From assembly GCA_009103225.1 (NCBI GenBank), contig RHPI01003389.1, forward strand, positions 434,001 through 498,000: a stretch of DNA of 64,000 nucleotides, in the 5' to 3' direction. The position numbers were made by a program, and so were the translations under genes. The notes beneath the pieces are model-generated. The model searched no databases. It had not been told where the DNA came from and saw only the letters and a program-made list of their open reading frames with translations. Positions 37,420-49,912 of the stretch are shown in pieces. Numbering within the stretch: the first letter of the stretch is position 1; each line of letters begins with the position of its first letter. The DNA comes from Chlorokybus atmophyticus (lineage: Eukaryota; Plantae; Mesostigma and Chlorokybus algae).

Positions 37420-37994
37420 TGTAACAGTCGTGGCCAAGTTTCATGATTTTAGGCCCATTTACTTTTGTTGGCCCATTAATCGAGCACCACCTTTTCATAA
37501 CTTAAATTGGATATCGGCGAGTTGCGAGTTTGCCGCAAAGATCAACATGCTAGCAACCCCTGCTAACCACCACAAAGCTTGCACACAAGAAACTAGGGAG
37601 CTAAAGGTTGTTTTGCACATAGTGAAATGTCTCTTTTATACCTACCGATCTTCACACTATCTAGACGATTCTAGCGCTAGACGGAACTGGAGGCTAAAAT
37701 ATTCTTGCAGAATCTTGTAGTACACTTCTAGACCTTTCCTACACACGAAGGATCTCCTCATTTGGTGCCCATATAATTAAGTTATATTCTTTGGCGCCAG
37801 GCCCTTTCAGAAATCTGGTCGAGCCCTTCGACTCGACTGGCCCTCCGTTTTCTGGCACCTTCCGGACTGGTCCTGTGCCCCGCTCGATATCTGCGGCAAA
37901 CTCACACAACTCTGACATCCGTCATAAGTCATGAAAACATGGTGCTCGATAAATGGGCCAACAAAGGTCTTACAACTTGGCCTCGACTGCTATA
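37420..37994. mobile_element. 575-bp insertion with 21-bp terminal inverted repeats (MITE or solo LTR) in the DIRS RT
   Basis: Left TGTAACAGTCGTGGCCAAGTT vs right AACTTGGCCTCGACTGCTATA (18/21). G5 run on both sides; removing it restores ECKPPLVVSPL. Confidence 0.8.
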
Positions 37995-39523
37995 GGGAGG
38001 GGGTGGTTTACACTCTTTTGCGGTCCCACTATGCACTAGGGTTGCGATTGCAGCCGCAGTGAAGTCCGCAAACTCATATACACCCTTTATAATTGATGAA
38101 TGCCCATTCCTGGGGTGGGGCAGCTGCCCAAGGTAGCTTGTACCCATACTTCTCTCAGGACAGGACCATAGTAGACGAGCAAAATTGTTGCCATGCTGGC
38201 AGGGCATCTCGTAGTCAATGCCGCATGTAAGGCCCTTTCACAACCAAGTTGCTAGGTGCTCGTACAAACTCCTGGTGTTTCATTCAGTCCTCCACCAACT
38301 CCAACTCAATTGATGCATAGTCAAGTGCCACAGTGCCCGCTGCCTCCATTTCTGCCCCTCATATGTGCAACAAGTGAGTGCATGCCTTTCCCATGTAGTC
38401 ACGGTCATAACTCTTGCAAACGATTGAAACGTGTAAGGTGTGAAATAAAGCGTCTCTCAGCGCTCATACTGAGGAACGGGTTTACATAGTAGCCACTTGC
38501 GTTTGACCTCAAACGAAAGTTATGAGCCCAATAATGTGCAACCAAAGTAAACCGTGTTTAAATATCACGTTCTTTGGCTCTTCGTGAGCGTTACTGTGTC
38601 ATACTGATGCCCTCAAAAGTTTCATTGCATTCGAGGGCTATGTATGACCTCAAAACGCAATTACATGCAATATACGCGCACAAGTGTACATCTATTAGGC
38701 TGTCACGACACAGCTACGGGGCTGCTACGAGAGCTAATGGCTCTCACGCCTGCAGGCTCACGGCAATGGGCACGCAGGTGCCCGGGCTTCCATTAATTGT
38801 AGCAGGTGCGGATATACCGCCCCTAGTTGAAGCTGCTTGGGACCGCATATGAGCAGTCTTATAGCTCGTGTTCCCCGCACCAGATGCGTATGACCTTGAG
38901 TAGCCAGGGGGATACTGGCCCCGGCCCTTGTTAGCGTGGTAGGCTGATTTGGCCTTGGGCGTGGGCTGCGCGACGCTACGACCTTCAACGCCTTTTCAAG
39001 GCGCTTTGCCTTAGCATCATCTACTGCGAGGGGGTTGCGCACCAGCTCGTCCACAACTTCCCAATTATGCTTGTTGACCACTTCCACGTAGTGCAACTGG
39101 TTACATACCTCATCCAATGATGCGCCCAGAGCACTTATAAGCAACACGGGTTGCATGATCACACAGGCTCAAAGCCACCGGGTTCAGCGCCAAGCGCACC
39201 CCCAACTCATTAACCACCCATATCATGTGCATATGCGCATGCAGATGCAGATGTTGTGCCAAGTTGTGCTCATTCTCTTGGTGGGTAGTCAAAATGTGAA
39301 TACAGGGGTGAACATGCAATGGTGTTAAGTGCGGGCCCCTCCTTTGGACATGGGGGGAGGAGGGATGCAGGACACATGTAGCTAATGGAATGAGGGTGTA
39401 GCTATACAGCCTGGCGCCTTGATAAGGCCCATAATGCACGCATGTGCAAGCGTGCGTGCACGAAGTCCGCACCCACAGAATCCTGTGCCTACATGCGCGT
39501 GTATATGGCGGTGCTCGACAATA

Positions 39524-40060
39524 AATGTGTCATAGCCCACTCGACCACAAAAGACTTGGTGCTTTTATGGTCGATTTGTGGTTGTATAATGTACCTTCTC
39601 GTTACATTCCCCCCCACTTAAGAACGCTGACGTCCTTGGCAGCTAGCTCCCATCAGCTGGGGAATTATCCCAGGGGTTTGCTAGGGTCGGCCACCAGCCC
39701 CAACGGCAAGGACCGGCTAAATTAGGCCCATACCGGTCAGCGCGCATAGCGCGCCGCTGCCGGCCCCACAGGTCGCATCGCGATAGGCAGGTCGCGTCCT
39801 GCCGCGCCAACTGAAGTGGTCAATTTGACGCGACTGCCATTAGGCAAGTCGCGACCCATCAATGATGGCATTTATGAAGTGACCATTTATGATGTTACTG
39901 GATCGAGAAACAACGACTGCGGAAGCAAGGCAGGAATTGAACCCGGGTCGTCAGCTCCGATGACCAATGTCACACTGTGACGGTCACAAGCCACTCGACC
40001 ATAAAAGACTTGGTGCTTTTATGGTCGATTTGTTGTTAATAAATGTACCTTCCCGTTACA
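39524..40060 (-). mobile_element. Gypsy-type TRIM-like mini-element with LTRs of about 80-90 bp
   Basis: Direct repeats 39524-39605 and about 39968-40060, starting TGTAAC on the minus strand. PPT AGTGGGGGGAA; PBS-like TGGTCATCGGAGC; non-coding interior; no clear TSD. Confidence 0.72.
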
Positions 40061-41070
40061 GATTGAGTCCACCTTCCATGTTCTCTTTGCGGCCTTTAGG
40101 GAAGTGAGGGTCCTCGGCAAGGTGCGTGAGCACTCGATCGAAGAAGGATGCCGCCGAGCCGAGATGAGCCGCCACCTCGAGGTGTTGACGAGCCCACGTC
40201 TTCAAGTTCGCCTTCCAAGGGGTAACGGGCTCGCTGAAGCGGGTGGCCATGGTCGCCACTCAAATGTTGGGGTTGGTGGAGTCGCCGTTGCGACGAAGGA
40301 TGCTCACAAGTAGGGGGCGAGTGGGCTCGTCGGCGACGGTCTCGTAGCGGATGGCCGGCGCTTTTCCACGCTTTAAGCGAATGTTCTCCGCCTCCAACAC
40401 CTCCAACCTCCTCGCCATGTCCTTCGCGGACATTATAAACGGGGTGGTAGAGTGGCTTGGACCTGGAGCCCGCTTTTGGCGCTTTAGGCGAAAGTCCTCA
40501 TCCGACTCCTCGTCTTCGCCTCCACCACCACCCTCCTTATCCACCTCCTCTTCTCTCCCACCGCCGGGGGGTTGCATTTCTCCCTCCTCTCTTTCCTTCC
40601 TTCCCTCCTCTACCTTGCGACGCGGACTTTTAGCCCGCAACAAGCGATTGGCGGCTAGCAATCCCGCCGCGGCCATGGCCACCACCTCCTCTCCATCATC
40701 TTGGGCATTCGCTTGTGACCGTGTGATCATTGTGGAGGGCCGCCTCCGTCCAAACCACACTCGCCACCAACGCCAAGGATGGCGCCGTTGTGCTTGGGTT
40801 TCAAGCGACTAGATAAGGAGCTTGTGACTAACAACTCACTATAGTGACGCTTGTGCCCTCAAGTGCCTGGGGGCACAGGAGTCTCATAACTCATCAACGA
40901 GTTCTTGTTCATGGGCGCGCATTTCATGTGCTTTATAAACTCATATGACTCACACATGTGGAGTGCAGTCGCTGAGCGGGGGTTGATCCCACACATCCGG
41001 CTTGCGTTGACCAAGTGATCCATCTACTGCAACACGGTTGTTGCAAGTGGGGAGGAATGTCTGGCATATG

Positions 41071-41116
41071 TACACACGCACACGCACACGCACACGCACA
41101 CACACACACACACATA
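41071..41116. repeat. (CACACG)n/(CA)n microsatellite
   Basis: Directly visible. Confidence 0.9.
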
Positions 41117-43958
41117 TGTAACTGTCATTCTTTGATTCGTGCTATATTAGCATTTAGGGTCAAAGTAAGACATCCAGCTCATAAGCATGCGCAGTGCTTG
41201 TGGGGTATGCATTCATGTGGTCCGCTCTCAAGCATATGACAGCCGCGGCCTTCGGTATGATAGACTACATAAGGCATTCATAAAGGCTAGCACAGAGCTG
41301 GTTAATGCATATGGCCTGCGAGCCTTGGGTTTTGAATAGTTGATTGCCACAGGAAGTGGTAGCTGCGGAATAGTGAGCCAAGTTGGCAAACAATATGATA
41401 TGCACTGTGGTGGTGCAATTTACCACTGATATGACGGTCGCAAGGCAAATAGCGCCTGTGGGCAATATGCAAGTACATATCATAAATGATTTACCAGGGG
41501 CGCCGAAGTTTGTTTCCGCGGTAGATTGTGGTTCCTATGGGAACCCGAGGTGTTTGATACTCCTGAGGTGGAGCTTGTTGGTTACGATATCGGGGCAAGG
41601 TCAACATGGTAACAGGGCATATGTGGCCTTGGACATCTTGTGTGCCATGTCGGAAGAGCATCACACGGTTAAGTTGCACTCGTGAGTTGGGATTATGACA
41701 TCAGTGTGTGTTTGCGAGACGGCCAATCGTGCGTAGGGTGCCTGGTGGTTAGTTGTTGAAGGGGCTCTCCCCCTTATCCCTTGTGGGTTATGGTATTGTG
41801 GTGTTGTGCACATGGGTGCATTGGGCGTGTGTGTGTCTGAGGCTGCAGCTGAGTGGAGAGGCCATCGGTCATCCTCTCATTTTCCCTTAGTACTGAGCTG
41901 CACTTTTCCCTGTGACGTGCTGCACTGGTGGACTGGTGGAACTTCCTTGTGTAAGTCTTGGGTGCTTGTGCACAAGTTCGCCAAGCACACCAGCATGTAA
42001 GTGTACGTGGATGGTATCGTTACAACCGCCGTCTCATTACCACCGCCGCTGTCGGAGACGGGGGATTAGCAATAACCACAACCATGCCAGACCGCAAAAA
42101 TGATGTATAGGAGCGCGGCTTAATGAACATGATAGCTGTCTCGCCTATAAGCTGGCGAAAGTCACTGTTTGTTGCTTATTATCAAGGTAAAACTGGTTGT
42201 GTGCTACTCATGTGGACCATGTGGTTCATGTAGCCTCATTGCTTATCAAGCCATGTATTGCTTGGTAGGTTGTGCACCACATAGACACGTCCTTTTCTTA
42301 AGATTGTAGATACTGTACCACACAAGGCATTGATATGTGCTAGCGCAGAGCTGATCGATGTCGATAGTAATCTTAAAAGCTTTGTCATTGTGTGTTGTGA
42401 CAATGGCTGCCATCTGCAGTGATCCTCGAGCAGCTGTAAGTTGTTACCGGTTGTTAACGTTCATTTAACGTTGTCTGCCATCACGAGTCTGCTCTAAGCA
42501 TTAAAAAGCCATTCATGGCATCCTGTATGATCATGTATTAGATACGCCGAGGTTGATGTCATGTGATGAGATATCTTTTATGGTGGACATGCAGCTTTGG
42601 AACTGCACCTTGAGCCTGTGTTTATGTTTTTGAATGAGAATATTGAGTCGCTATGTGGGATATTTCATGTGACAGGGTTGGCACACAGTGACAAGGTCTT
42701 ATTGGCCTTGATCATCATCATCATTATGTCAGTCCGGGAGGACATCAAGTGAGTGCATAAGCTTGTGTAAGCCTGAAGTGGGCCCCACCATGATGCGGCA
42801 TCATGGTATGCACAGCTGAAGAGCCACTTCCGTGCAGGATGCCTGGCTTAGAGCTAATTAAGAGGCCCTCCCCCTTACCATCCTTCAAAGGGGGTTGTGT
42901 GATTGTATGTGCATTGTGAGTACTTAGCGAGGGAAGGTGTTTCTACTGTGGGCATCCTCTTCCGCCTTGATGTGGTGCTTCTGGGTTGCTCCCGTGGTGT
43001 TACGGCCTCTGTCTCACGTGGTACTTAGCACACAAGGTGTATTCATGGACTTCCTCATAGCTGAAGTTGTAAGTTATAAGTCCTGGTGCTTGTGCGTAAG
43101 TGTGTGGTGTGCACAAGCAAGTAAATGTGGATTGACATGTTCAAGTAATGTTATGGTTTGCATGAAAGGGTATGGAGCGTTACTTCATATTGAAAAGCTA
43201 ATGTGGTGAGATGAGAACATAACACAATTGATTTTAAGTTAACTTTGAGTTGATTCTATCAACCACATTGAGCTTTAGCATAGACCGGATCATTATGCAG
43301 AATAGGTTTTTAACAAAATCATAATCACTCTATAACGCAATTAACATTTGCGTCATGAAAGAAAATGATGTCATAAGAATCATGCATAATTAACTCGATC
43401 AAGAGATTCGTGAGTGAGCATCTAAAAGTAATGTCTATCAATTGACGAGCGAGCATAAAATAGAAAACAAACACATGGTTTCTTGCAGACCGTGCTTACG
43501 ACAGCGCATTATGTTGGTTTACGATAGCCACATTTTCTTAGTACCTGTAACCGAGCTAGTTAATCGGGATAGTAACTAAACTGCAAGTGGCGCGCATTAT
43601 TCCAATACCATTGATGGAACCCCAATTTTTTAACATTAATTGTCTCCTCTCAGATAATTGCAAGCACATGATGCAACTATTGTCACCTCCGCCGATAGAT
43701 GTTCTCCATCAAACTCATAACTAGGCAAGCAACGACCTGCAATGTTGATATGCGCCGCATATTGTGTTCGCTAAACGTGACTTGCAAACTACCCTTGATC
43801 TACCCTGCATTGTGCAGACTGCGCAACCAAGTAGTTGCAGATGATCCGTTATTGCAATACATTGCGCACCCATGGATGCGCTCGGGGAAGTCAGCAATAT
43901 GTGTGTTCAGGTCATCTTTGCGCACCGCTCTGGTTCGGCATGTCAACATGTTGTCGGA

Positions 43959-45589
43959 TCAGATCTCTGCACACTCAAGCATCGTCGTAGTCCTCGCGTC
44001 CTGAACGCAGCTCTTGCTTGGGGCTATACAGCTTTGCCCACACGTTGTCCGTGAAGAGGTCATCGTCGTCGTCGTCATCCACCTCATCGTCAGTACGTTC
44101 CTTCCAATCCTCATTCATGCCGCCAATGACCAGCTGCTTGATGCCCACATGGCTGCGCAGTGTGCATTAGTCAGGCAGGCAGCGCCTTCATTAGCAACAA
44201 CAGCGTTGGCTGCGAAAGGGGGAGTGTTGTAGCTGCTCATCAACATCCTGCCAATGCCACTGCAATAGAGGATTACTTACTTAACACTGAAGGTGGTCAA
44301 GCTGTTGATCAGAACGTCCAGCCCGAATGTATCACCAGTGCCAAGGTCGAACCTGGATGTGTTGATGCACGAATGCAATGCTCAATCCATACGTCTTGGT
44401 CTGCAGCCGCAAGCAATATCACTCACTCACTCACCAACATCTGCCCCAATTGTCTTTGTACTCGAAGGATGCCATGTTGTGAAACCATGCCGGCTCTGCC
44501 GCACGCAGTGTTTGCGAGATGCAGTCAGTCAGTTGCAAACATTTGCGTTGATCATCTTCAACAGCGTTGTGTCATGCATCTGCAAGGCACCACCTGTATT
44601 TGACGCCGAAACGTGGTCATACTCCATGTAGCTGATGTCCCCAGCACCGTCTTGCACCTGCCATCACCGGCGCGTCAACACACGTCATTGATGGGTGTGC
44701 CGCGCGCCATGCCATGCCTTACCTGCAAGTTGTCCGCATTGTACCCGCCCAAGCGCCCAATGACAAACCACGACTTGAACACCTGAGTTGGTGGCAAAGA
44801 TGCTCGCTTGCTGCTTGCTAGCATAGATGTAGTGCCCAACACACTAGATATGCGGGCTGGGCTGTGCTTCCAAAGAACGCACGGTCATGCACGCGCGTGC
44901 CAAGTGTGACCGTACCTCTTCCAGCAACTCCTGCTCCTTTTCTGAAGGCCTGGTGAAGAACTCCAGCCATACGTACACGTCAAAAGGATCAAACCTGCAT
45001 TGCCGCACACACACAAACAGCACCATTTGCATGCGGCCATCTGTGTGCCTCAGGCCAACGGAGGTCATGCGAGCCCTGTGCGTGTTGCACGTGCACGTAC
45101 TCTCGGAACGACACTTGCAGAGGGCCGCCGCTGATTCCAGAACCTAACCGCAAGTACTCTTCGCTACGCTCATGAAACCGCTGCCGTATCTGCATGCGCA
45201 CGCAGGATGATAAGCACTGATGCCTCAATGAGTCAAAACACGATTCTAAACTCAAACTGCACGAGCGTGCGTACCCGTTCTTCAATCTCGCGGGGATCGC
45301 CTTGCGTGCCGTTCATTATCTCCAACAGCTCCTCGTCCGACTTGGCGCCATCCTCCAGCACCCTGACACGAGCGCGCGCACAGTACAACAGCCACACCGA
45401 GTCGGTTGTTTGGTAGAAGAGGGAGCTCGCCAGCAGCAGACATGCACACGCCGCAGAGGCTGGATGCTATGCTGCTGGCACTGCACATGCTTACAAGTGC
45501 GTGGTTTTGCAGGTGGCCGCATCAACCACCAACGCAACATCATGCAACTTTACTTGATATGAAGTCCGTTGGCACACGGAAATGCTCAT
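43959..45589 (-). CDS. DUF3531-domain protein (multi-exon; ends approximate)
   Basis: Exons encode LQVSFRE / FDPFDVYVWLEFFTRPSEKEQELLEE / WFVIGRLGGYNADNLQ / FDLGTGDTFGLDVLINSL / DVGIKQLVIGGMNEDW, matching the plant-cyanobacterial DUF3531 pattern. Confidence 0.82.
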
Positions 45590-45919
45590 GGCTATGGGTA
45601 AGTATTGTCATGTGAAGGCAAGGGGGGATGAGAGAAACGACACTAACAAAAAGCCTAATGTGATTTCACGACGAAAGACTCAGCATCAGGACACGCGCGA
45701 ACCGCTGCCGCATTTGCACAACGCTGCACTTGCCACAAAATAACACTTCACTTGCGTGCGCAGGGGGAGGGGGTGGGTGTTTTGTGATGCATGCATGTGC
45801 ATGTGGAAACTGATGTTGTATGCAGCTGCCATACAATAGAGCGGCCTGCCTCTCCTGACAGCAAGGGGAGGGTGGATGAGGTAGCAGTCAAGAATGCACA
45901 TTGGCCGAGTGGGGGGTGG

Positions 45920-46647
45920 NNNNNNNNNNNNNNNNNNNNNNNNNNNNNNNNNNNNNNNNNNNNNNNNNNNNNNNNNNNNNNNNNNNNNNNNNNNNNNNNN
46001 NNNNNNNNNNNNNNNNNNNNNNNNNNNNNNNNNNNNNNNNNNNNNNNNNNNNNNNNNNNNNNNNNNNNNNNNNNNNNNNNNNNNNNNNNNNNNNNNNNNN
46101 NNNNNNNNNNNNNNNNNNNNNNNNNNNNNNNNNNNNNNNNNNNNNNNNNNNNNNNNNNNNNNNNNNNNNNNNNNNNNNNNNNNNNNNNNNNNNNNNNNNN
46201 NNNNNNNNNNNNNNNNNNNNNNNNNNNNNNNNNNNNNNNNNNNNNNNNNNNNNNNNNNNNNNNNNNNNNNNNNNNNNNNNNNNNNNNNNNNNNNNNNNNN
46301 NNNNNNNNNNNNNNNNNNNNNNNNNNNNNNNNNNNNNNNNNNNNNNNNNNNNNNNNNNNNNNNNNNNNNNNNNNNNNNNNNNNNNNNNNNNNNNNNNNNN
46401 NNNNNNNNNNNNNNNNNNNNNNNNNNNNNNNNNNNNNNNNNNNNNNNNNNNNNNNNNNNNNNNNNNNNNNNNNNNNNNNNNNNNNNNNNNNNNNNNNNNN
46501 NNNNNNNNNNNNNNNNNNNNNNNNNNNNNNNNNNNNNNNNNNNNNNNNNNNNNNNNNNNNNNNNNNNNNNNNNNNNNNNNNNNNNNNNNNNNNNNNNNNN
46601 NNNNNNNNNNNNNNNNNNNNNNNNNNNNNNNNNNNNNNNNNNNNNNC
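45920..46647. other. Assembly gap (728 N)
   Basis: Run of N. Confidence 1.
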
Positions 46648-47171
46648 CCCCTTGCTGGTTTTTGCTACCTAACCTGCGGCCCTTGTAGGGCTGTGGTTAA
46701 CCCCACAGCCAACCGCAAGCAGAGCGGGTGTTTCCTTGGTCGTCATGGCCGTCATCGTTGCATAGCACTGCGCGTGCATGGCCACCCGGCTGTGTGTCCT
46801 ATTGTGCTTTTGGGGTCGTAGAAACGACACATGTTCTCAGAGTGGCATGCTTCCCTAGTCAGGCCTCTGGTGGGCTGATGTATATTAGTGTTTGCTGCCG
46901 TGCGTGGCCTCTGTGGAGCGAAAGTATGTGTTTGAGTATGTGCTGCCATGTGGCGCGCAGTGTGGTGTGCATGCGCGGCATGTTGTAGTTGACGTATGTG
47001 CGTACCACAACCCTACCACACAAGATCGGCAACAGAGCAGTTGCAACACGAGTGTGTGTTTTGGTATGTTGCTGCTCCGACTTGGCCTGGTGAACGACAC
47101 AACCAGCATGCCTCTTTGCGTTGCGCTTGGTCGCATATGCACTTGCTCCCGTCACAGGAGGAGAGAAGGTT

Positions 47172-48725
47172 ATGCGCAACGGCCCCCCGATGCCTGCGAT
47201 GGTGGCGGCAGCGAGCAGCGGCCATCGCGCCACCAGTTCCGCGCAACAGGCTACGCTAGACTTCTCGTTCGAGGGCAGAGTGGCGCGCGCTTTCGGCCCA
47301 CTGGAGCCCTCCAGCTCTGCGGAGGTGCGAGACGAGCACGCTTCGCCACCCCCGTGGGTCATTGATCAAAACCCTGCTCCCTCCGTGCCAGGTAAGCAGT
47401 TCTCTCCTCCCCTGCTCGTTGACATGCGCTCGTCATCCATGATAGATAAAATCGTGTTGGTGCGACAACAGGTGCGCCCATTTCGGACGCTCTCAGTCCA
47501 GAAGGCCCTCAGAACCAGGACCAGGACCAGGACCAGGCAGAGGTGCGCACGCGCACTCTTGTGGATTCAGCATTGTTCGTTGGCGTGTCTACGCGCAAGG
47601 CCCTGACCGTGGTTCTCATCGTCTGCAGGAACAGTTGGAAGCAGAAGCAGCCGACACTCGCCTCACCAACCCGGAGGACATACGCCGCCGTCAAGCCTTT
47701 GACCTCGAGGTCAGCAATATGCTCATAGCATCTCTGTGGTCTTGTTGCACAAGTGATATATGACCGAGGCACCAAGCAAGGGAGTGATGTGGTTTGATCT
47801 GTGCGTCTTAGGATGACATGGACGAGTACGACATGGTGGCGCACGGGGGCAACGAGGACTACATCGGCAAGATGCTGACGGACGAGAGCCGTCGGCACCT
47901 GCAGGAGATGGGCTTCATGTGGAACCGCCCCGTCCTGGCCGCGGGCGCCTCGACCTCGGGTCAGGAAGCTCCGCTACCTGCAGACTTCAACGAGCTGAAA
48001 AACCGCCCGCGCGACAGCCGTGCCGACCACGCCGCCGCCGCGTCACGCCTGGAAGAAGACCGCAGGAACGCAGGCCGCGCGGGGCTGATCGGACACACCG
48101 TCCGCCAGCTTGGGGTTCCTGACCACGTAAGATGCCACAAGCATGGCACGTGTAGTGCTTGTTCAGTGAGACATGGCATCGGCTTGGTGGATTTGTGTGT
48201 TGCTGATGTTGCCCAATACTTTTGTGTGCAGGGGTGCATGCATGAGCTTGTTGTTGATGCTTGTATGGTGGGTTGCAGGTGCAGCACCCCCAGAGGTACA
48301 CGCATTACACATTGGACTGGACGGAGGGTGATGAGGAGCGAGCCAACGAGAGCGCTGCGCGTGAGGCATTGCACGCCGCGAGGGCCGCCAAGAACCAGAG
48401 CATGGATATGGATATGGACAGCGGCGGAGCTGCGGCCGACGATACAGCCCCTGCTGAGCATCAACGAGTGCAGAGCCTGACGCCCGTTGCATTCGGCCAC
48501 CGCGAAAGCAGCATGCCGGTGAAGCCCGAATCAACACTGATGACTGCGCGCTTCCGCGACGAGCCCGAAGAAGTTGACCCGCAGCGGCAGGCAGAAGATG
48601 TTCAAAGTGATCAGAGCACTCATGCTGCCGAACATGTTGGCTTCAAGCCTCAGACCACAGCGCGTACCAGAGGCAGGCAGTATCGGAGCAGAGGCAGTGG
48701 TGCTGCTGGTGAGGAGGAAGGGTAG
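47172..48725 (+). CDS. TSSC4: TSSC4-family protein (U5 snRNP-associated), multi-exon
   Basis: Spliced GVPDH-..HPQRYTHYTLDW...ANESAA matches the TSSC4 motif vPDy..hP.kyT.Ysl; also DDMDEYDMVA as in plant homologues; stop at 48725. Confidence 0.68.
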
Positions 48726-49912
48726 GGTGGCTGGAGTAACCCACTGTGACCATTCTTTGTACATAGGTGTAACGCTGTATCGTTGCGGCATGTAGGTGTA
48801 GAAAGCAATATTGATGCCAGGTACATACGTCGCATGCAACTCTGCTCACTGTGCATGTCATAGTTTGACATGTGTATGAAAATCTCTCCAGGCACAGCTG
48901 TATTAGTTCAGTGCACTTGTTTGTAGCCTTCTTGGCAACTGCGATGCCTTGCTGTGAAAGCTACTGTGCGGAGAGCACTACTACCGTATGTACACAAGAG
49001 CCGCTAACCAACGGCCGTGGTGCAGGCAATTGCCACGTGTGACTGTGCATGCATGTCTAACGGGGAGGGCTAGTAAGATATAGAGTAGTGCAGCAGATGT
49101 TAGCCCGGTGGTAACTACTCGGTGAGGTGTACAAAAGATGGTATGCTTGTAGGATTGCATGCATAGTGTCAAAAGCATCAGTCATGCATGTTGTAATAAT
49201 GTGCATATGGCATGGTGTTGCGTGTGCACAACAGCACGTCACATATCCTGTACACAAGTACATGGTCTGTGCATATCATGCATGGTGTGCCTTGCCTGGA
49301 TGACATTGAGAACGGCAATCTCCTTATTGATCGTGACACAGTGTATGCTGCTATGGATCAGCTGTGTGCGCCCATGTACATGCGTATATTTCGAGAATTA
49401 ACTACTGTATGCACAATTGTACAGAACAATGAAGCGCATGGTTGTGACAAGAAGTGACCCGCGTAAGCAGGTGCATGCAAGTGCAGTATGGGGGTCAAGT
49501 GTACAGAATCTCCAAGACTATCCTACACATGCAAGAATGTGTTGACATTCTTGCCCCCAAAGATCAGCAACATCCTACAAGGCAGCCTGGTAAGCCACAC
49601 TATTCCAGTGTAATCACATCGCCATTATACGTAATTCCACTGACAGCCTGTGCATAACCTGTGCAATGCGTATAATGAGCGGATTGCGATATACATGATA
49701 TCAAGCAGTCCTGTCAAACATCTCAGTTACTACTTAGCTTGCTAGTCTCTCACTTCACTACCAGGCCTCTCACTTCACTACCAGCAGCCAAGCCTACCAA
49801 AACAGCAACGCGTAGAACAACGCGGCAGTTCTTGGTCGTGGCAGGCCAGCTAGTGGTTGATGACGAAGACAACGGTGGGTCAGCGCGCCCAATGGCGGTG
49901 TCAAGTCCGGCG

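Larger units (their letters stand above)
27800..40945 (-). mobile_element. DIRS-order retrotransposon copy 3 (gag, RT, RNase H, MT-like domain, tyrosine recombinase), interrupted by three insertions
   Basis: Gag 40760-38760. RT 38200-36870 (FTAAAIATLVHSG; KLRLIMDLRYVN; YIDN). RNase H STYRELSS..D.RNV..I..KGGS at about 36580-36350, resuming left of 29460. Dam-like MT domain (FNS...AF..DW...NNW.HPP) at 29309-28986. YR (SKIDQHGVG; HS..A..A..AVVP..GQ*..A.SYLR) at about 28880-27930. Confidence 0.88.

Noticed and set aside
41240-43200. Very degraded Gypsy pol on the minus strand (weak integrase- and RNase H-like phrases)
   Set aside because: Similarity is too weak to support by eye; a tBLASTn or HMM search is needed.
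45791-46821. Long ORFs in the track across 45.8-46.8 kb
   Set aside because: Artefacts of the N gap.
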